Of a DNA stretch of 64,000 nt, positions 13,601 to 26,924 are shown piece after piece. The stretch comes from Balanoglossus misakiensis (Eukaryota > Animalia > Hemichordata), in NCBI GenBank assembly GCA_040954595.2, contig CM082597.2, positions 9,579,778-9,643,777 on the forward strand, in the 5' to 3' direction. Within the stretch, counting starts at the first letter, position 1, and each line of letters starts with the position of its first letter. The notes beneath the pieces are model-generated. The model saw only the letters and a program-made list of their open reading frames with translations, was not told the DNA's origin and did no database searches. The position numbers were made by a program, and so were the translations under genes.

Positions 13601-16600
13601 TATTTAATTTAACAGTTGTATTGATATGCGATTATCATATTGAACAAGATAAAATCTCAAAATTGCTAAAAATAAAATATTCAGTAAGTTTACATTCTAT
13701 AATGGTGAAAAAAATATAATGACCCTCCCAAAATACTTATTTATGAAGCCGTGTTACAAAGATCTACGAACACTGGTAAAAGCTTAAAGGGGAAATCCGC
13801 TGTAGCTGATTTCTACATAATTTGGTAGCTTTGATGTCTCTCTTTCAGAAAAAAACATATTCGCCATGTATAGGTCGCGCGATTTTTTACAAAATCTAGG
13901 GAAAGTTGGCAGAATTTCCAATATGGCGTTTACTGTAATTTGAATCATGGGAAAAAAAGCGCCAGGAGCAACTTCCGCCCACCATGGTGTGGGTGATACC
14001 ATTCTCCAATTGGTGTCACTGGGCGACAGACTAGGCGTATTTTTATAGCTATTGTTTGTTCTTTGCATCAGTTGATAAACAATCATCAGCAAAGTCGAAA
14101 ATTTGTCATCTATTGACAGTTTTCATGAGCTATAACCCATGAAAAATATGCAAATACGCTTAGCTTGTGACACAGTGACACCAATCGGAAAATGGTATCA
14201 CCCACACCAAGGTGGGCGGAAGTTGGTCCTGGCGCTTTTTTTCCCATGATTCAAATTACAGTAAACGCCATATTGGAAATTCTGCCAACTTTCCCTAGAT
14301 TTTGTAAAAAATCGCGCGACCTATACATGGCGAATATGTTTTTTTCTGAAAGAGAGACATCAAAGCTACCAAATTATGTAGAAATCAGCTACAGCGGATT
14401 TCCCCTTTAAAGAGGTGCTAGGTAGAGGACGCTTTCCCCAAAAATCTAGCTGGTTGACCCCCCATTTTTATTCCATAGATTAACTGTTTAGAAGTCATAG
14501 TATCATCAGTTTTAATTTCAACATGATCAGAAGACCTTTTATTTCGAGGTGCATAACACCTTAAAGTGGGAGTACTTACTGGATAGCGGCATAAGTGATT
14601 CATCTTGTGTTTGAAGTCTCCATTTTAAGACACCAACATCATTATTGATAGGGAATGCTTTGGCTTGGTTCTTCATTGCTATGCATGACTGGGATGCAAA
14701 CAATTTTTTGTCAACATTTGGATGCGTCTGAAAGAAAACAAAGATATCACACACCTATAAAATATATTTCCAAGCAAAAAACCTTCATTTAAATAATACG
14801 AAAACCCAAGTCACTGTAATTAATAGCAGTGCTGCTTAACCTTGAACAGCAACATTTTGTCTCATGCTAACACTTGTTTCAGGGAATACTGTAAAATCGG
14901 GTTATTTTTGCGAGCAATAAATTTTCATGAAATACGTAAGGGCCAAAATAGCGTTAAAAAAATTCGTGTAAACTGTTTTTCAGAGATAATGATGCAGTTA
15001 TTGAATTACAAGAATGCCAAAATTAATCCTCAGCCAACAGTTGCCTCTTTTGATATCGCGAAAATGTTCTGTCATGAAAATAACCCGTTTTACAGTATGT
15101 CTTATTGAAAAATACTCTATAAGACTTGAGATGAAATAAAGACAAAAAAATCACATTCAATAATCATTACCAATCAAGGTAAGGGAATGAACAGGTCAAA
15201 GAAACTAGTAGAAAAGATGATAATTACAACAGCAGTGTTTTTGTTATGGGCGGTACCTAGGTAAACTCTACCGGAGTTCCCCTGGGTGTATCAATGTAGT
15301 TATACCAGGGGGTTATAGGAATGTTACCGGGGTTCCCAAATCCATTACCATTGTTCCACAATCTTAGGAAAAACACTGAACAGGTTTGTCAAGACAGACC
15401 CAACGGACAAATTCAAGAGTAATTTGGCTACATTGCTACATCCCTGAGCATGCTGTCATTGCTGCATGTGAAGACTTAACCTGTCAACACTAACCTGAAG
15501 TTGAACTCCTTTGGAATCATTGTGATTGACTAATACTTTGATTCTTCCAAACGTTTCATCTAATATTCTGAGCAATGCCATACCAAGTACTTCCATGGAT
15601 TGTAAACCACCATCACGCCCTGCTATCAGTGAGATCTTCTCCTCAAGTCTTATATGGACACTGAAAAAAAATCCACACATAAGTATGTACAGGTACCCCA
15701 GAAGGCTATCTGCAACCAAAAGTGTGAGTTGCACTTTTGTGACAAATAGCTATCTGCGAATGTTTCAAATCCTATCTGCAACTGTCGCAGTATTGGGGAG
15801 GGGGTGCCTTCTGCCATGTGACTAAGATATATTAAAATTAACACAGAATAAATGACTCGAGTGTGTGGAAGTAACAGATTTCCTCATGAGAAATACACAA
15901 TAGCAACTCAAAAACATGAAAGATACGGTGACATGATCATATGCAACACGCATATGCCATGTATATTGGAATACCTGTACCTATAGAGGGCGCTATATAT
16001 AAGGATAGCGTATATAAGCCTAATGAAGGGATGGCAGGAAAATCACAGTATGCAATTACGCACTGGGTGAACACTTGGAGGTTGTAAAATAATTAACTAT
16101 CCAAACAAAAGTAGGTGGTGGAACCAATGGAGCAGTCAAATTACTGACATTATTATGGTATACAATAATGTTGGGAAATTTTCTTGAATTTATTACCTTT
16201 CCATATTACTAGCTGGTGTGGTAGTTTTGACTGCATTAGCAGACTGTCTGGATTTTGTTGGACTAATCACATCTTCTCCTTCTGTTCGAAGTTTATCCAC
16301 AAAACTATCAACATCTTTACTTTTACTTCCAAGTTTCATGGCACGGCCTGTACCAACACTTCTGTAATAAAATAAAAATTGCAATGGAAAGCTATCAGTT
16401 ACACAGAGACCTTAGATTCTGAGGTAAGCCATCACTCCACCACTTACCACTCACTTCAACTCAACTGAAATCCATGAGAAGTTCTTCCTGCTTCCCAACA
16501 ATTTTTTAGCACTCTCGTACCTCACATTGGATTACTCACAGAAATGATTTTCAGCTTTTCAGTCATTTCAATATCACATTGTGTCCATATTTGACTTCAG

Positions 16601-19600
16601 GAGAAAATCTCACTGATAGCACACAATCCCTGTGCTGGTTACTACTGACTTGTAAATTAATAAATTAAAAGCCATAAAACGGCATGGAAGAAAATCACAT
16701 GACAATGACAGCCAACAATTATTGACAGTTTCACGTGGAGACAAGGGTTAGTTTCCCTTTTTCTTGGATTTTCACAGGTTTTTGAAGAGTAGTGTGTAAT
16801 TTCAAGATGTTGTGTAACATATGCATCTTGTCCTCAGAAATTGTTGCATGTGTATGTGCTCATGAATGCAGAACTGTGTGTGTACCTCCCATGTCTCATT
16901 CACTATTCTATACGTGTCTCAATGGTGTACAGTGTAGTCCTATACTTACTTGATAGGTGCTGGTGTAGCTTTTGAAATCTCTGATGGAGCAGCAACATCA
17001 CCTACAATAGGTGTCAAGTCAGCTCCTTTAGAACTGCTTCCAAATCCACTATATCCACTGGACCGAATTCTACCTGCCTTCTCAGCTTCTCGGCGTTGTT
17101 GTTGCAACTCCTTAGCTTTCCTTTTCATCTCAGCTTTGGCTTCTCTTTCTTGTGTCTGAAATGTATCCATGAAATCAAAGCCACAGAAACATTTCATGTC
17201 AATACATAATCCAAGAAGACCTTGATGGCAACAACTATAAGTGAAAAATATAGCTGTGAACAGCAATAGGCGGGTTTCAAGACACTACTAACCCTATTGG
17301 TTTGCCTGGAGATAGATATGTGCATATTTAATGAGGCAGGGTGTAGGACTTCATTAGTTGTTCTATCACTCCAATTGCCAAAGTCAGGGCTTGCGTTTGA
17401 TATTTTATTTTTTACGTGCAGTGCACGCAAAGAGCCAAAAAAATTTGCGTGAAATTGTATCTGAATTACGTGCAACAAAATAGCGATAGACAAGCAGGCT
17501 TTCAGATAAACATGGACTTGAATGAGTTCTCCCTTCATGTCTAGACGGCCCAACACAAAAAAAATCATTTACAATGTAGCGAATGAAAGAGATCGTGTTG
17601 CAAGTGGTCCCCCCCCCCCTCAATACGCGATAGTACAGACAAGGTAGCGAATTCGTGTGTCATCATCAAGGAAAATGACCCCGAAGCCCTACTTGCATTG
17701 TTATATCTAATGGCTTCTGCATGCATAAATTATAGCGCCGACACGTGCTAAGTTTGTGGCCTAGGTTACCGCACGTACATCACTGTGCGTCCTGCTACAG
17801 CATACAAGCACGCATACACCTACGCCTACATGTGTACAGGGCGCCCGACCGGCCAACCTTGACAAGGCGCCCCAGATAGCCTCGCCTGCTCTGTTTATCT
17901 TTCAATGGATTTTTTTGTCACGCAACTGTGACAAAATATTTGCGCGCACACATTGCAGTGTTGCGTGAAAACGCAAGAAATATGTGAACGCGAGCCCTGA
18001 AGGGTGTATGTGCTGTGGATGCTGAGATGTGGGAAAGGTCATGTGAGGTCACCCTAAATATGAGCAGAACATTTTGATGCTATACTGGTCCATGTCCAAC
18101 AAAAACCACACCTCTATCCCTATTGGTTCGCCTGGAATTAGTTATGCACATAGTTAGGCAGGTGTCACAGGTGACCCCAAAATTTTGCTTTTCATTGAGG
18201 TCGAAACCCTCCAAACGCTAACGCTCTACCTGCTCTGGATGCCGAGATATGTGAAAGTAGGTCAAAGGTCACCCAAGGTCACCCAAAATTTGGGCAAAAA
18301 AGTCCCATGTCCAACAAAAACCAGACCTGTAGCCCTATTGGTTTGCCTGGAATTAGGTATGCACAAAATTAATGAGTTAGGCAGGTGTCACAGGTGACTC
18401 TAAAATTTGGCTTCTTATTTTGGTCCCATCCGTCCAAACACCTAAGCTGTAGGTCAAAGGACACCCAAAACCTGCATCTACACACCAAATATCGAGGTCA
18501 TATGCGCAGCGGTTTTCAAGTTTTTGATGTGGACGGACATACAGACATACATACATACATATACAGACGCAACCGATCCCATAAGGTCCCATGGTACATA
18601 CCAATGGGACCTAAAAATGAAAGATTAAATTATTTCAGCAGGTTATCAGAATGAATACTGATGATCACTTGTTACCGTGTGAATACTTATGGTAGTTTTG
18701 CAATGCTTGCTCTGGTTTTGTGACTAATTTGCACAAAAATACCAGTGTTAGAAACTGACAAAAAACTGTTTCGCGCTGCTTGTCAGTTGCGCTGCTATCG
18801 CGGAACATGGGACAATTGATGTTATGACTGGGGCCGCTATCAGTAGCCCGACGCATGGACACAAAAGTCAAATTTTTATCAGTATCCTGTTCAACTAAAA
18901 AGTTACCCGGCTTCGATGGGTGGACAGCCGGTAGTTTCCAACACTGCAAATACTTCAGTTGTTTTCAAAAACCAGAAAGTTTGTGGCTATGTTCGGTTTC
19001 ACTGCAAACCAAGTTTTCATGCCTGCTAAAATGAGTCATTTTGCAAATGTAAGAAATGATCAGGCAAAACATAAATTTACCTGTCTGACTGCTTGGAAAA
19101 CTTTCTCTTCATGGGAGTCCATTTCTGTAAATGTTCGTATCTGAGCAAGGTTGACATTTTCTCTGTATCCCAGTGCAACAATCTCATCAAAAGCAAAGAT
19201 GAGTTCAAAGGAATGATCCAAAATTTCAGATTCTTCCATCACTCGACAGTACTCTGGAATCTGTAACATCAACATTTAAAATACTAAGAAACCACAGATT
19301 GGTGCATAAGTTCAACAAATGATTTTTTTTTATTTAGAAAAGTCCAAAGAGTTGATGTCAGCCACAGAGTAAATTAAAACAATTTGCTACAGATTCTGAT
19401 AACATGCCTCCAGTTTTGAGTATTGGTTTGTTTTTGAGTATAACACAAAAAGCATCAGGTAAACTGTGTATTCAAAATTTCTAAAATACATTGGTACAAG
19501 TGTGCAGGTTTGTTAACTGTACTGTGTACATGTACTTGAAAGAATACATGTATATGGTCATTGAATAAGCGGGAAAGTAAAGATCTAGGGTCAAACTGCT

Positions 19601-22600
19601 CCACCTATAAAATGCGACAATCTGGTACTGACAGATCTAGTGATTTGAACTTGGTAAAAGCTGCCATTTTTGCTTCATGCTCGCTACATGTCATGTATGT
19701 ACAAACTAAAAATAACAATCCGTATTCCTGGGCCAGTGTCTATAATTGTTTGTTGGAAATAAGAATACGTTTTGTCTGTTATTCATTTAAACTCACACTT
19801 CAAAGGCTTGAATACTTAATTGGGAAAAGTTAACTCACCACTCTTGAAAATAACCTTAAAGTTTCTAAATCTTCCAGGATGTTACTTGCTTTGGTTGTGA
19901 TCAGTAACATGTACAATTTTTCAATAGGTTGATATACATATCGCACACTTTCCGTTTCAACAAATGTGTGTTGTTTGCCAGTATTCATCAGTTTTGGAAA
20001 TGCTGCCAAGAGGCCTTCAACTCTCGACCTTGTCATTTCAACGAACTGTCTTGATAAGATTGGTTTTCCTGCTTTAGTGCAGATAGCTGATGCAAGCAGC
20101 ACCTGAAATATATAAAAAAAACAAAAACATTTATCTTTATATCAAAATTGTCACTTAGAAGATTAAAATCCCAATTTAGATGCCATTTTTTGAATTGTTT
20201 TACTTTCAAACTTACAATGTAGGTCTGTTTATGTCTATGCATTTAAATATGAACAAGGTAAATAATAAACATGTATTTTGATTACCATGTAAACATTCCT
20301 GTCAAGTATTGGTACAACATTTTCACAAAGTCTTAGCCAAAGTATCCGTGGCACAGACAAGGAATAACTCTTACAATTTATAATGATCTGCACATATCAT
20401 AACTGTCATACAGACACTAATTTGCATAACACTTAATTAATTGTTATGATAATCAGTTTATATTATTTTTCCCAAAATAAAAGGTACATTGTATCAGCTG
20501 ATACTCTTTAATTGTTCTGGGAAGAACTATGTTGACTGAAGACTTGTCACCTGATAAGCGTTGAATTCGACATTTCAGTTTCCACAGTGATAATATATTG
20601 TATGACACACCAAAAATCTTCAGTAATTTGAGGAAAAAATCTCCCTGCATGTCATGAGACAGAATCTCTCCTGACATGCACCCGTCACTAGCTTCTGCCG
20701 CCCAAAACAGTAATTGACAGACACCTATCAATAGAATCTCTGTTTGAAGAAAGCAGTCTTTCATCTAACTGGACATTTCTGGATCATTCTTCAAACTCAG
20801 AGACATAATCTTGATCAGGAGAAACTATGCCCATTAGGAACATGTTGAAAATCACTCTGTGTTATTGTATCAGTTGGCCCGATCGCCAAAAAAGGAAATC
20901 TCATGAATATGTATATTTGTGTCAAAGGTTACTTTTCGCCCAATCAGATTGCTGCTTTTCGACTCATGAATATCAGTTCCATAGAAAATATGCAACCCTT
21001 ACATGTAGTTTTAGTTCAATTAAATAAAATCTAAGTTGCCTAAATGCCCAGGATTTTGTCCGAGGATTCATTCATACACGCTCTAGCGATCTAACGTTGC
21101 GTTTTGAAATCTACCATTGCGTTTTGTAGCGACAACTGATATTTCTGCCATGCCCAGGTCCTCACTATATACATGTACACACGGAGCTCCGTGCTATATA
21201 CATGTACACAACGGCGATGATAACAATCTTGTGCGTGAGCTAGGCCGTGGCTCAGTCACTCTCGATCCGAAAGTTTCATGATTTTTTTATTCACAATTAC
21301 CAAGTACCGTAAATGATAGAAAGAGTCGAATTCACAAAATATGACTATTACCTCACGAATGTGCGGTGTCAACTTGGAAACTGTTAGCAACTTCGCCAAA
21401 CGCAAATTATATTACAACATACGCGCCGCGCAACAGCAACACTGCTCATGCACACTCACAGTCCCATGACTGAGTTTACTACGAGTATCGCTGTTGCCCC
21501 TGTATCAGTTGCGTCTTTATACCATACATGTAGCTGATATAGTCCGACTAACACAAGTATGGATCGTTATACTGCCCTGCTCTTCACTTAAATCAACTTG
21601 GGTTTTAAATAGGGCCGCATTGACACTGAAAAGTGAGGCCCAAAGTTTTTACAAATGACAGTGGAAGCATTTACCGAGTCATCGTCGGCTCGCACGGGTC
21701 GTTGGATCGACCAAAGTTTACCTAACGAACCCATGCGGGAACCGCTATATAAAAAACCACGGTCTAAGGATTTGTTCTGCCAAGGTCTATTTTTCGGATA
21801 CCAAGAGCTTGGCGGGCGGAGAGGTTACCTAGTATATAGTAAATGCAAGACTTGTTGACATTCCTTTGCGCATGTCATTTGCGCTTATTTCTGATTGGGA
21901 GAAATGTTACCTTTGACACAAATATAAATATTCATGAGATATTCCTTTTTTGGCGATCGGGCCGACTGTGTATGGCAGACATAGCCGATTGGAACGTGGG
22001 ATTTTGGAAAATTCTACCAATCTGGACACATGCAATGTAAAGATGCACTGCACAAATATGTACCCAATATAATGGCCATGAGTTTTGTAAGCAGCATGCC
22101 TACAGGTACATGTAACACTTATAATTCCTGGTGTCATTGAAAATACTGTGATTATACCAACTTTGAAAAAATCAAAAACGACAACAGCGAAAACCACCAG
22201 AGAATTTGTTTTTAAAACACATACTAGCCTGGTTGCAGGTTCCCTGCCCCCTTTCTAATGCTGCTGGCATGAAAGGGGCAGGGGAACAGACTATAATAGC
22301 GAGTGTTGACAACAATGTGAATATATACACGATAGCTTGCTGCGCTCGCACTCAGGTCAAACCTGCTACATATTACATATACATGATATGATTGGATTTT
22401 GATATTTAACAGTAACAGTACACAGTCACACTGTATATTTTATTTTCATAATGTGCAATATCTGTTCAAAATGTGTTTCCACATGTGGAGTCCGGCGCCC
22501 GATCGGGGTACCTCCTAGTACAATTTTTGTTATCCCAATCGGGAGGTTTCTCCCGATCAAGAGAATGTGTGTCTCTCAGTTTGAACTGTGTGCTGGAGCT

Positions 22601-24454
22601 GGAATCAATTCAAAGCTTGCACATAACGTAAACTTCGAGCCTCGGAGGGGAAAACTATATTTCTATATCTTAAAAACACCATCCAAAACACAGCTGAAAT
22701 AAGTATAGCCAGTGGGTTGTGCAATTGCTACAATCATTCCAGCTAATCACACAACAGCAATTGAACCGTACGATATTCTGCAACTTGAAATTGCACTCCA
22801 AGGAAGTCGCCATTTTGATTTACAGTGAGTACAGTGTAAGTGTGTTTATGATAGGGATCCCAAAGGTCGGACCTTCCTATTCCACACCATGGGGTTGCGA
22901 CCCAAAATGATTTGCTACTCAAAAGGTGATAGCGGCGGAGTTCAGTGGTCTGAAACGCATTAGCCAAAGAAAAGTTCATGTACTTCCACCTCCTGTTGTT
23001 GGTAAATATTGTGGAGCGCGCGATTTGGCGTAAATTCGCGAACAGTTTGATATATTTTTGTTTTCACGGACGCCATCTTGCGACCGTCACGTCGTGGGAT
23101 TTTCCCGTTTTTGAGTAATCGCGTGGGCGTATTGACATGAAATTTGAAACCATGTGTAGTCATGTTTCTTGTCTACAGGAGAGACAACACGGGAATTCGA
23201 AAGGCGAGGCGAAATTTATCGAAAAATTGAAAAATTTGCTAATTTCACCGTTTTCGGCATGTAAATGAAGTAGGGCGTACCTGAACCAACGCGCTCTTCA
23301 AAATACATACAAAATTCTAGCGTTTCCGACCGCTACATATCTACAAAAGTGTAGCGCAAACTAGCGCAACGCGTTTTTAGAAAGGCGGAAGTGAGTTAAT
23401 TTCAGAACATACGCGTTGTTCTCTTTATTGTTTATACTGTGCAGCACTTTCTTTTGTCTAGAACAAAAGAGGTAACGTAGCAACGCGTACATATTTCGTC
23501 TTGCGTTAAGATGCGTTCTCCAAGCAGGTACTTTCTTGAGGGACTGTGATTTGTACTACAAATGTACTAGTGAGTTGATGCTTAGAGTCTGACTGTCTGA
23601 CCATAAATATGACTTTATTGTCAACAAAAAACATTGGCCCTTCAGTTTTATACTCACAGCAAATGTGATACATGTACTACTATGATCTGTCGATGGACCA
23701 ACAATTACAACAATTGATGGTATTGCCTTATCACTGGTCATCACCTCAATGGTAGATCATTTTTTTGCCTTCTGGACAAACACATATCCTTTATTTACTA
23801 AAATGACATACCGGTACCCATGCACCAATGGTTTTATTTACAAATAATACATTAATACAATAACATCACACAACCAACAACAGAAAATTGGTTGTCTTGC
23901 CAACATTTATGCACTACATAGTAATATACATCAATCCAGTGTTATTATTGCTCATTCACTTTCATAAAACTGAATTTGCTTTGTCAGCTACAGCAGCAGG
24001 TTGGCCTTGCAGTGAAATCCTGCACACTCTCAAAACCCAGTGCATCATAGGATAGGGCTCTCCTAGGCTAATCACAAGTGGTTGGGAGAAAAGTTTTATA
24101 CTCAATGGGTACATTGGATATGTATCTTTGAAACAGTAGTATGACACAAAGTGTGGGTGTACCCTGCATAAAATTAGCATAAATTATGGAAAAAACTTCA
24201 AAAATGGCAACTTTGAAGGCTCAGTCATAAGACTGTAGGCAAGGTGGATTTTCAAATTATGCATTTTTGCCATCTGTAGGGGCACCCTAACACATACAAT
24301 AGACAAATTTAGAATCAATTTGATTTTTTAATTTTCCTTTGTGAACCCTATTTATGATGTACGTACATCGGCCTCACATATATCGCCATCTGACTTATGT
24401 CGAGAGACAGTGAGAAACAGCTTGCAACACTAGGAGAAAAAAAACACTTACCAT
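7644..24454 (-). CDS. ARCN1: Coatomer subunit delta (archain 1), complement(join(7644..7733,8785..8989,12190..12301,14580..14727,15495..15660,16197..16361,16950..17155,19081..19260,19839..20102,24452..24454)), 512 aa
   Basis: Reads M|[59 protein letters not shown] (longin domain), [85 protein letters not shown], and ends FLVEKYEIV*. All introns are GT-AG and the phases add to 1539 nt. The ATG-only first coding exon (CACCATG|gtaagt at 24452-24454) is slightly less certain. A candidate AATAAA lies at 7091-7096 (minus). Confidence 0.95.
9803..10990. mobile_element. Long-TIR non-autonomous DNA transposon (Mutator-like family, longest copy, right end damaged) in an ARCN1 intron
   Basis: The left end CAATCTGATTAAAATCAGATGTAGGGAACGGCGAC...GCTCCCGTTGAAAT is inverted at ~10908-10986. 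It has the same terminus as copies at 24997, 25289 and 40434. A further inverted pair CAGGTCTGTGTGTTCCCG lies inside at 10341/10558. Confidence 0.75.
12665..12969. mobile_element. piggyBac-like MITE, apparently nested in an older similar element (~12483-12998)
   Basis: TTAA|CCCTTATGCT ... AGCGTAAGGG|TTAA. The outer ends are TTAATCCCTTTCCTGC / GCAGGAAGAGGGTAAA. Confidence 0.6.
13470..13573 (+). mobile_element. 3' end fragment of a Helitron/Helentron-type (DINE-1/HINE-like) repeat
   Basis: An (ACAT)n-type microsatellite is followed by GACGCAACCGATCCCATAA and the stem-loop GTCCCATGGTATATACCAATGGGAC. It is near-identical to 18540-18613. Confidence 0.55.
13788..14406. mobile_element. Foldback MITE with ~250-bp inverted arms and TTAA target duplication (Kolobok-like)
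   Basis: TTAA|AGGGGAAATCCGCTGTAGCTG ... CAGCTACAGCGGATTTCCCCT|TTAA. ORFs 13784..14092(-) and 14192..14410(+) are mirror images of each other. Confidence 0.85.
14889..15095. mobile_element. Tc1/mariner-type MITE
   Basis: TA|CTGTAAAATCGGGTTATTTT ... AAAATAACCCGTTTTACAG|TA. Confidence 0.7.
17263..18613 (+). mobile_element. Helitron/Helentron-type non-autonomous element with internal sub-repeats, interrupted by a CAGGG-terminated (hAT-like) insert at 17385-17999
   Basis: Repeated CCCTATTGGTT(T/C)GCCTGGA / TAGGCAGGTGTCACAGGTGAC blocks (~17292, 18118, 18333), an (ACAT)n tract and a terminal GTCCCATGGT..ACCAATGGGAC hairpin. The insert has TIRs CAGGGCTTGCGTT / AACGCGAGCCCTG but no clear TSD. The 5' boundary is approximate. 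Confidence 0.5.
20871..21968. mobile_element. Non-autonomous TIR DNA transposon in ARCN1 intron 1
   Basis: ~75-bp TIRs CAGTTGGCCCGATCGCCAAAAAAGGAAATCTCATGAATAT... / ...ATATTCATGAGATATTCCTTTTTTGGCGATCGGGCCGACTG. Confidence 0.8.
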
Positions 24455-24996
24455 GGTGTTTGAATCGTTGGGAAGGCAACTTTACAATGGTGGACGCGAT
24501 TATAAACTCCGGTGAATTCAATCCGGCCACGTACACATGGATTACGCGTATACGAAGACACAGCTTCCGCTATTAGCGCATTGATATTGATTTCTACACA
24601 GCAATATTTACATCGTGATACTTAAGAATACGATCGTTTGGTGTGACTTTTTCATTGAATCTAGTGAACTGAGACAAATAGATATGTATTAAGTTTGTCT
24701 TATTTCATTTTACTACAAATATACCCATCGCTTCGCCGTCCGGACTATTTTGTAGTAAGTGGTGTGGTTCCACGTCAGATAATTGGTTGGAGAATATATT
24801 TAACGAACAAACAAACAAAGGTGATGGCTCTAGATTTAGAGAATGTTTCTCGGCAGTTGTGACGAGGAACGTATGTAGCAACTAGCTGCCAACGTAGCAT
24901 AGCCCTTACATAGTGGTGAGAAACAGCAGCTGTACTCAAAGTTTTAGAAGTTTTTAATGCTGCTATTGGTGGCATGTGTACAGTCACGAGGGTTGT

Positions 24997-25117
24997 CAAT
25001 CTGATTAAAATCAGATGTAGGGAACGGCGACGTGGTTTTTTTTTTCTGTTGTCGCCTCACACTACAACAGAAAAAAAAACACGTCGCCGTTCCCTACATC
25101 TGATTTTAATCAGATTG
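24997..25117. mobile_element. Palindromic Mutator-like mini-element with 9-bp TSD GAGGGTTGT
   Basis: GAGGGTTGT|CAATCTGATTAAAATCAGATGTAGGGAACGGCGACGTG ... CACGTCGCCGTTCCCTACATCTGATTTTAATCAGATTG|GAGGGTTGT. Confidence 0.9.
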
Positions 25118-25288
25118 GAGGGTTGTGTGAGTGCTAGTGACACGTACACTAGTCGACGGAACGTAAAGATACAGAACACGAAAAATATGAAAAATCAGAA
25201 TTTTGATGTCTTTAATATTTTTTCTTTGTCTTAGTATGCTCACTAATTACTAGTACCCAGAAAGTCTCGAAGTTTTCATGGTAATATG

Positions 25289-25373
25289 CAATCTGATTAA
25301 AATCAGATGTAGGTGCTGTCGACGGCATAAAAAAACACGTCGCCGTTCCCTACATCTGATTTTAATCAGATTG
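25289..25373. mobile_element. Mutator-like mini-element with 9-bp TSD GGTAATATG
   Basis: Same termini as 24997-25117. GGTAATATG lies on both sides (25280-25288, 25374-25382). Confidence 0.9.
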
Positions 25374-26038
25374 GGTAATATGTAGCTCTGCGTACAGGTT
25401 ACTCTATAGCAGTCGCTGTGCCTGTCGATAAGAATGGAACTTTCATCATGCTGCATGTGATTAGCGTCGCGTTTAGACTTGCTCCAAGTCTAAGGGCTTC
25501 ATTATTTTATATAATAAATACATTTAAAAAACTTGTTCCGAATTTCTCCATGTACCGTGTGTGGAGTAAACGTCAGCGTGTATGGGCGCGTATGTATGTG
25601 TGTAGGGATTGCGTAGGCCCATATCGAAAAGGGGCCGTGGATCGAAAGAAATGCCAACACAAACCCTAACCGTTGATAATACCCTAACCTGTCGAATATA
25701 CCCTAACCTTTCCATGTCAACAAACCATATTTATTAATAAAGAAATATGTATTTGTTTATTATGCCAAAAATCATCATCATCATCATCATCAACAACAAC
25801 AACAACAAACAAACAAACAAACAAAATCGCGGAGGGAGAGCCCCCTGTGATGAAACATCGTTTGCCACATCAATGATCAAATAAATGCTCAGAATAGCAC
25901 AGTTCAGGGTTTACGTCATCAAAATCTAATGAATATTCATGAGTTCGAAAATGCGGACAAAGTCGCGGGTACGCGTCGATTGCCCCCAGGACCGCCCCAT
26001 CAGCTGGCTGCGCTGAGCGAGCTTTGTTTGTTTACTTT

Positions 26039-26190
26039 ATGATGCCGGCGTCGACCGAACCAATTTCACTGGATGTTCCTGGTGCAAAGCTTGCATATGC
26101 ATCTATTGAGAAGCACTCTGTTGAGCAACTTAAAAGGTGGCTGAAATGTAGAGGTATAAAAACAAGTGGGAAAAAAGTGGAGCTGATGAG
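26039..26190 (+). pseudogene. N-terminal SAP-like fragment of transposon accessory gene
   Basis: DVPGAKL...HSVEQLKRWLKCRGIKTSGKKVEL fits the SAP helix-extension-helix pattern (LK..L..RGL..SG.K.EL). The frame decays afterwards. Confidence 0.6.
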
Positions 26191-26669
26191 TTCATTCAAG
26201 TTCATCATCGTAATTATTGTTTACTTCCGCATTGACCGGCTTCTTCGGAAGCAGGCATACTAAATATTGATGTGAAATGAATTTAAGGCAATAGAATTTC
26301 AAGAAAAAAATCGTTAAACTTATTATTTCTTGTGAGATTATTTTGCTGTTCAATATTTCCCCACTTGTGTTTGTGTCGTCTGCACGTATGTATGCGCGCC
26401 AACGATGTTGTGCACCGCGACCCCGGTTTATAGGTCCACTCTCGTCGTTCTTCGAAACGTTGTTGTTATGCTCTGGTGTGTTTTTTATTTATGTTCTCAG
26501 ATCAAGTGTCGAATAGGCGATAAAAATATAGACCAACGCAATATACTGCGCGGAAATAAACTACGGGCTAGGCTGTGTGGGCGATGGGGGGGGGGGGGGT
26601 GGCTGCCACAGGTCCTTACTGATAAAAGTAGTGTTGTTGACATGACTATACGAGAGATATTTGCAATAT

Positions 26670-26924
26670 TGATATGAGGTCGGGATGGTCGCTTGTTGGT
26701 CCCTTCCTGCCTACGAAGTGGAGGCTACAAATATAGGTGTCCTTTTTGACATTGTCGACGCCGAAACCCTGTCTCCCGCAAGCATAAATCCATTTTTGAC
26801 ATTTCAAAATATTTCGATGTGGCTTCGGAAATCGGATGAAGAAAACATCTTTCATTTCAACACGATCGGTGTACCTTGAGTCACTCGTGCAATGTCCGTA
26901 ACAGCAATGTTTAGTAGCGCCCAT
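26670..26924 (-). pseudogene. THAP zinc-finger N-terminus of a transposase (truncated)
   Basis: MGATKHCCYGHC...FIRFPKP...CQKWIYACGR...TYICSLHF shows the C2CH signature with conserved FP, W and CSLHF. It lies within the TIRs above. Confidence 0.8.

Noticed and set aside
13784-14410. Duplicated 72-102 aa ORFs as a gene pair
   Set aside because: They are the mirror-image arms of a foldback MITE.
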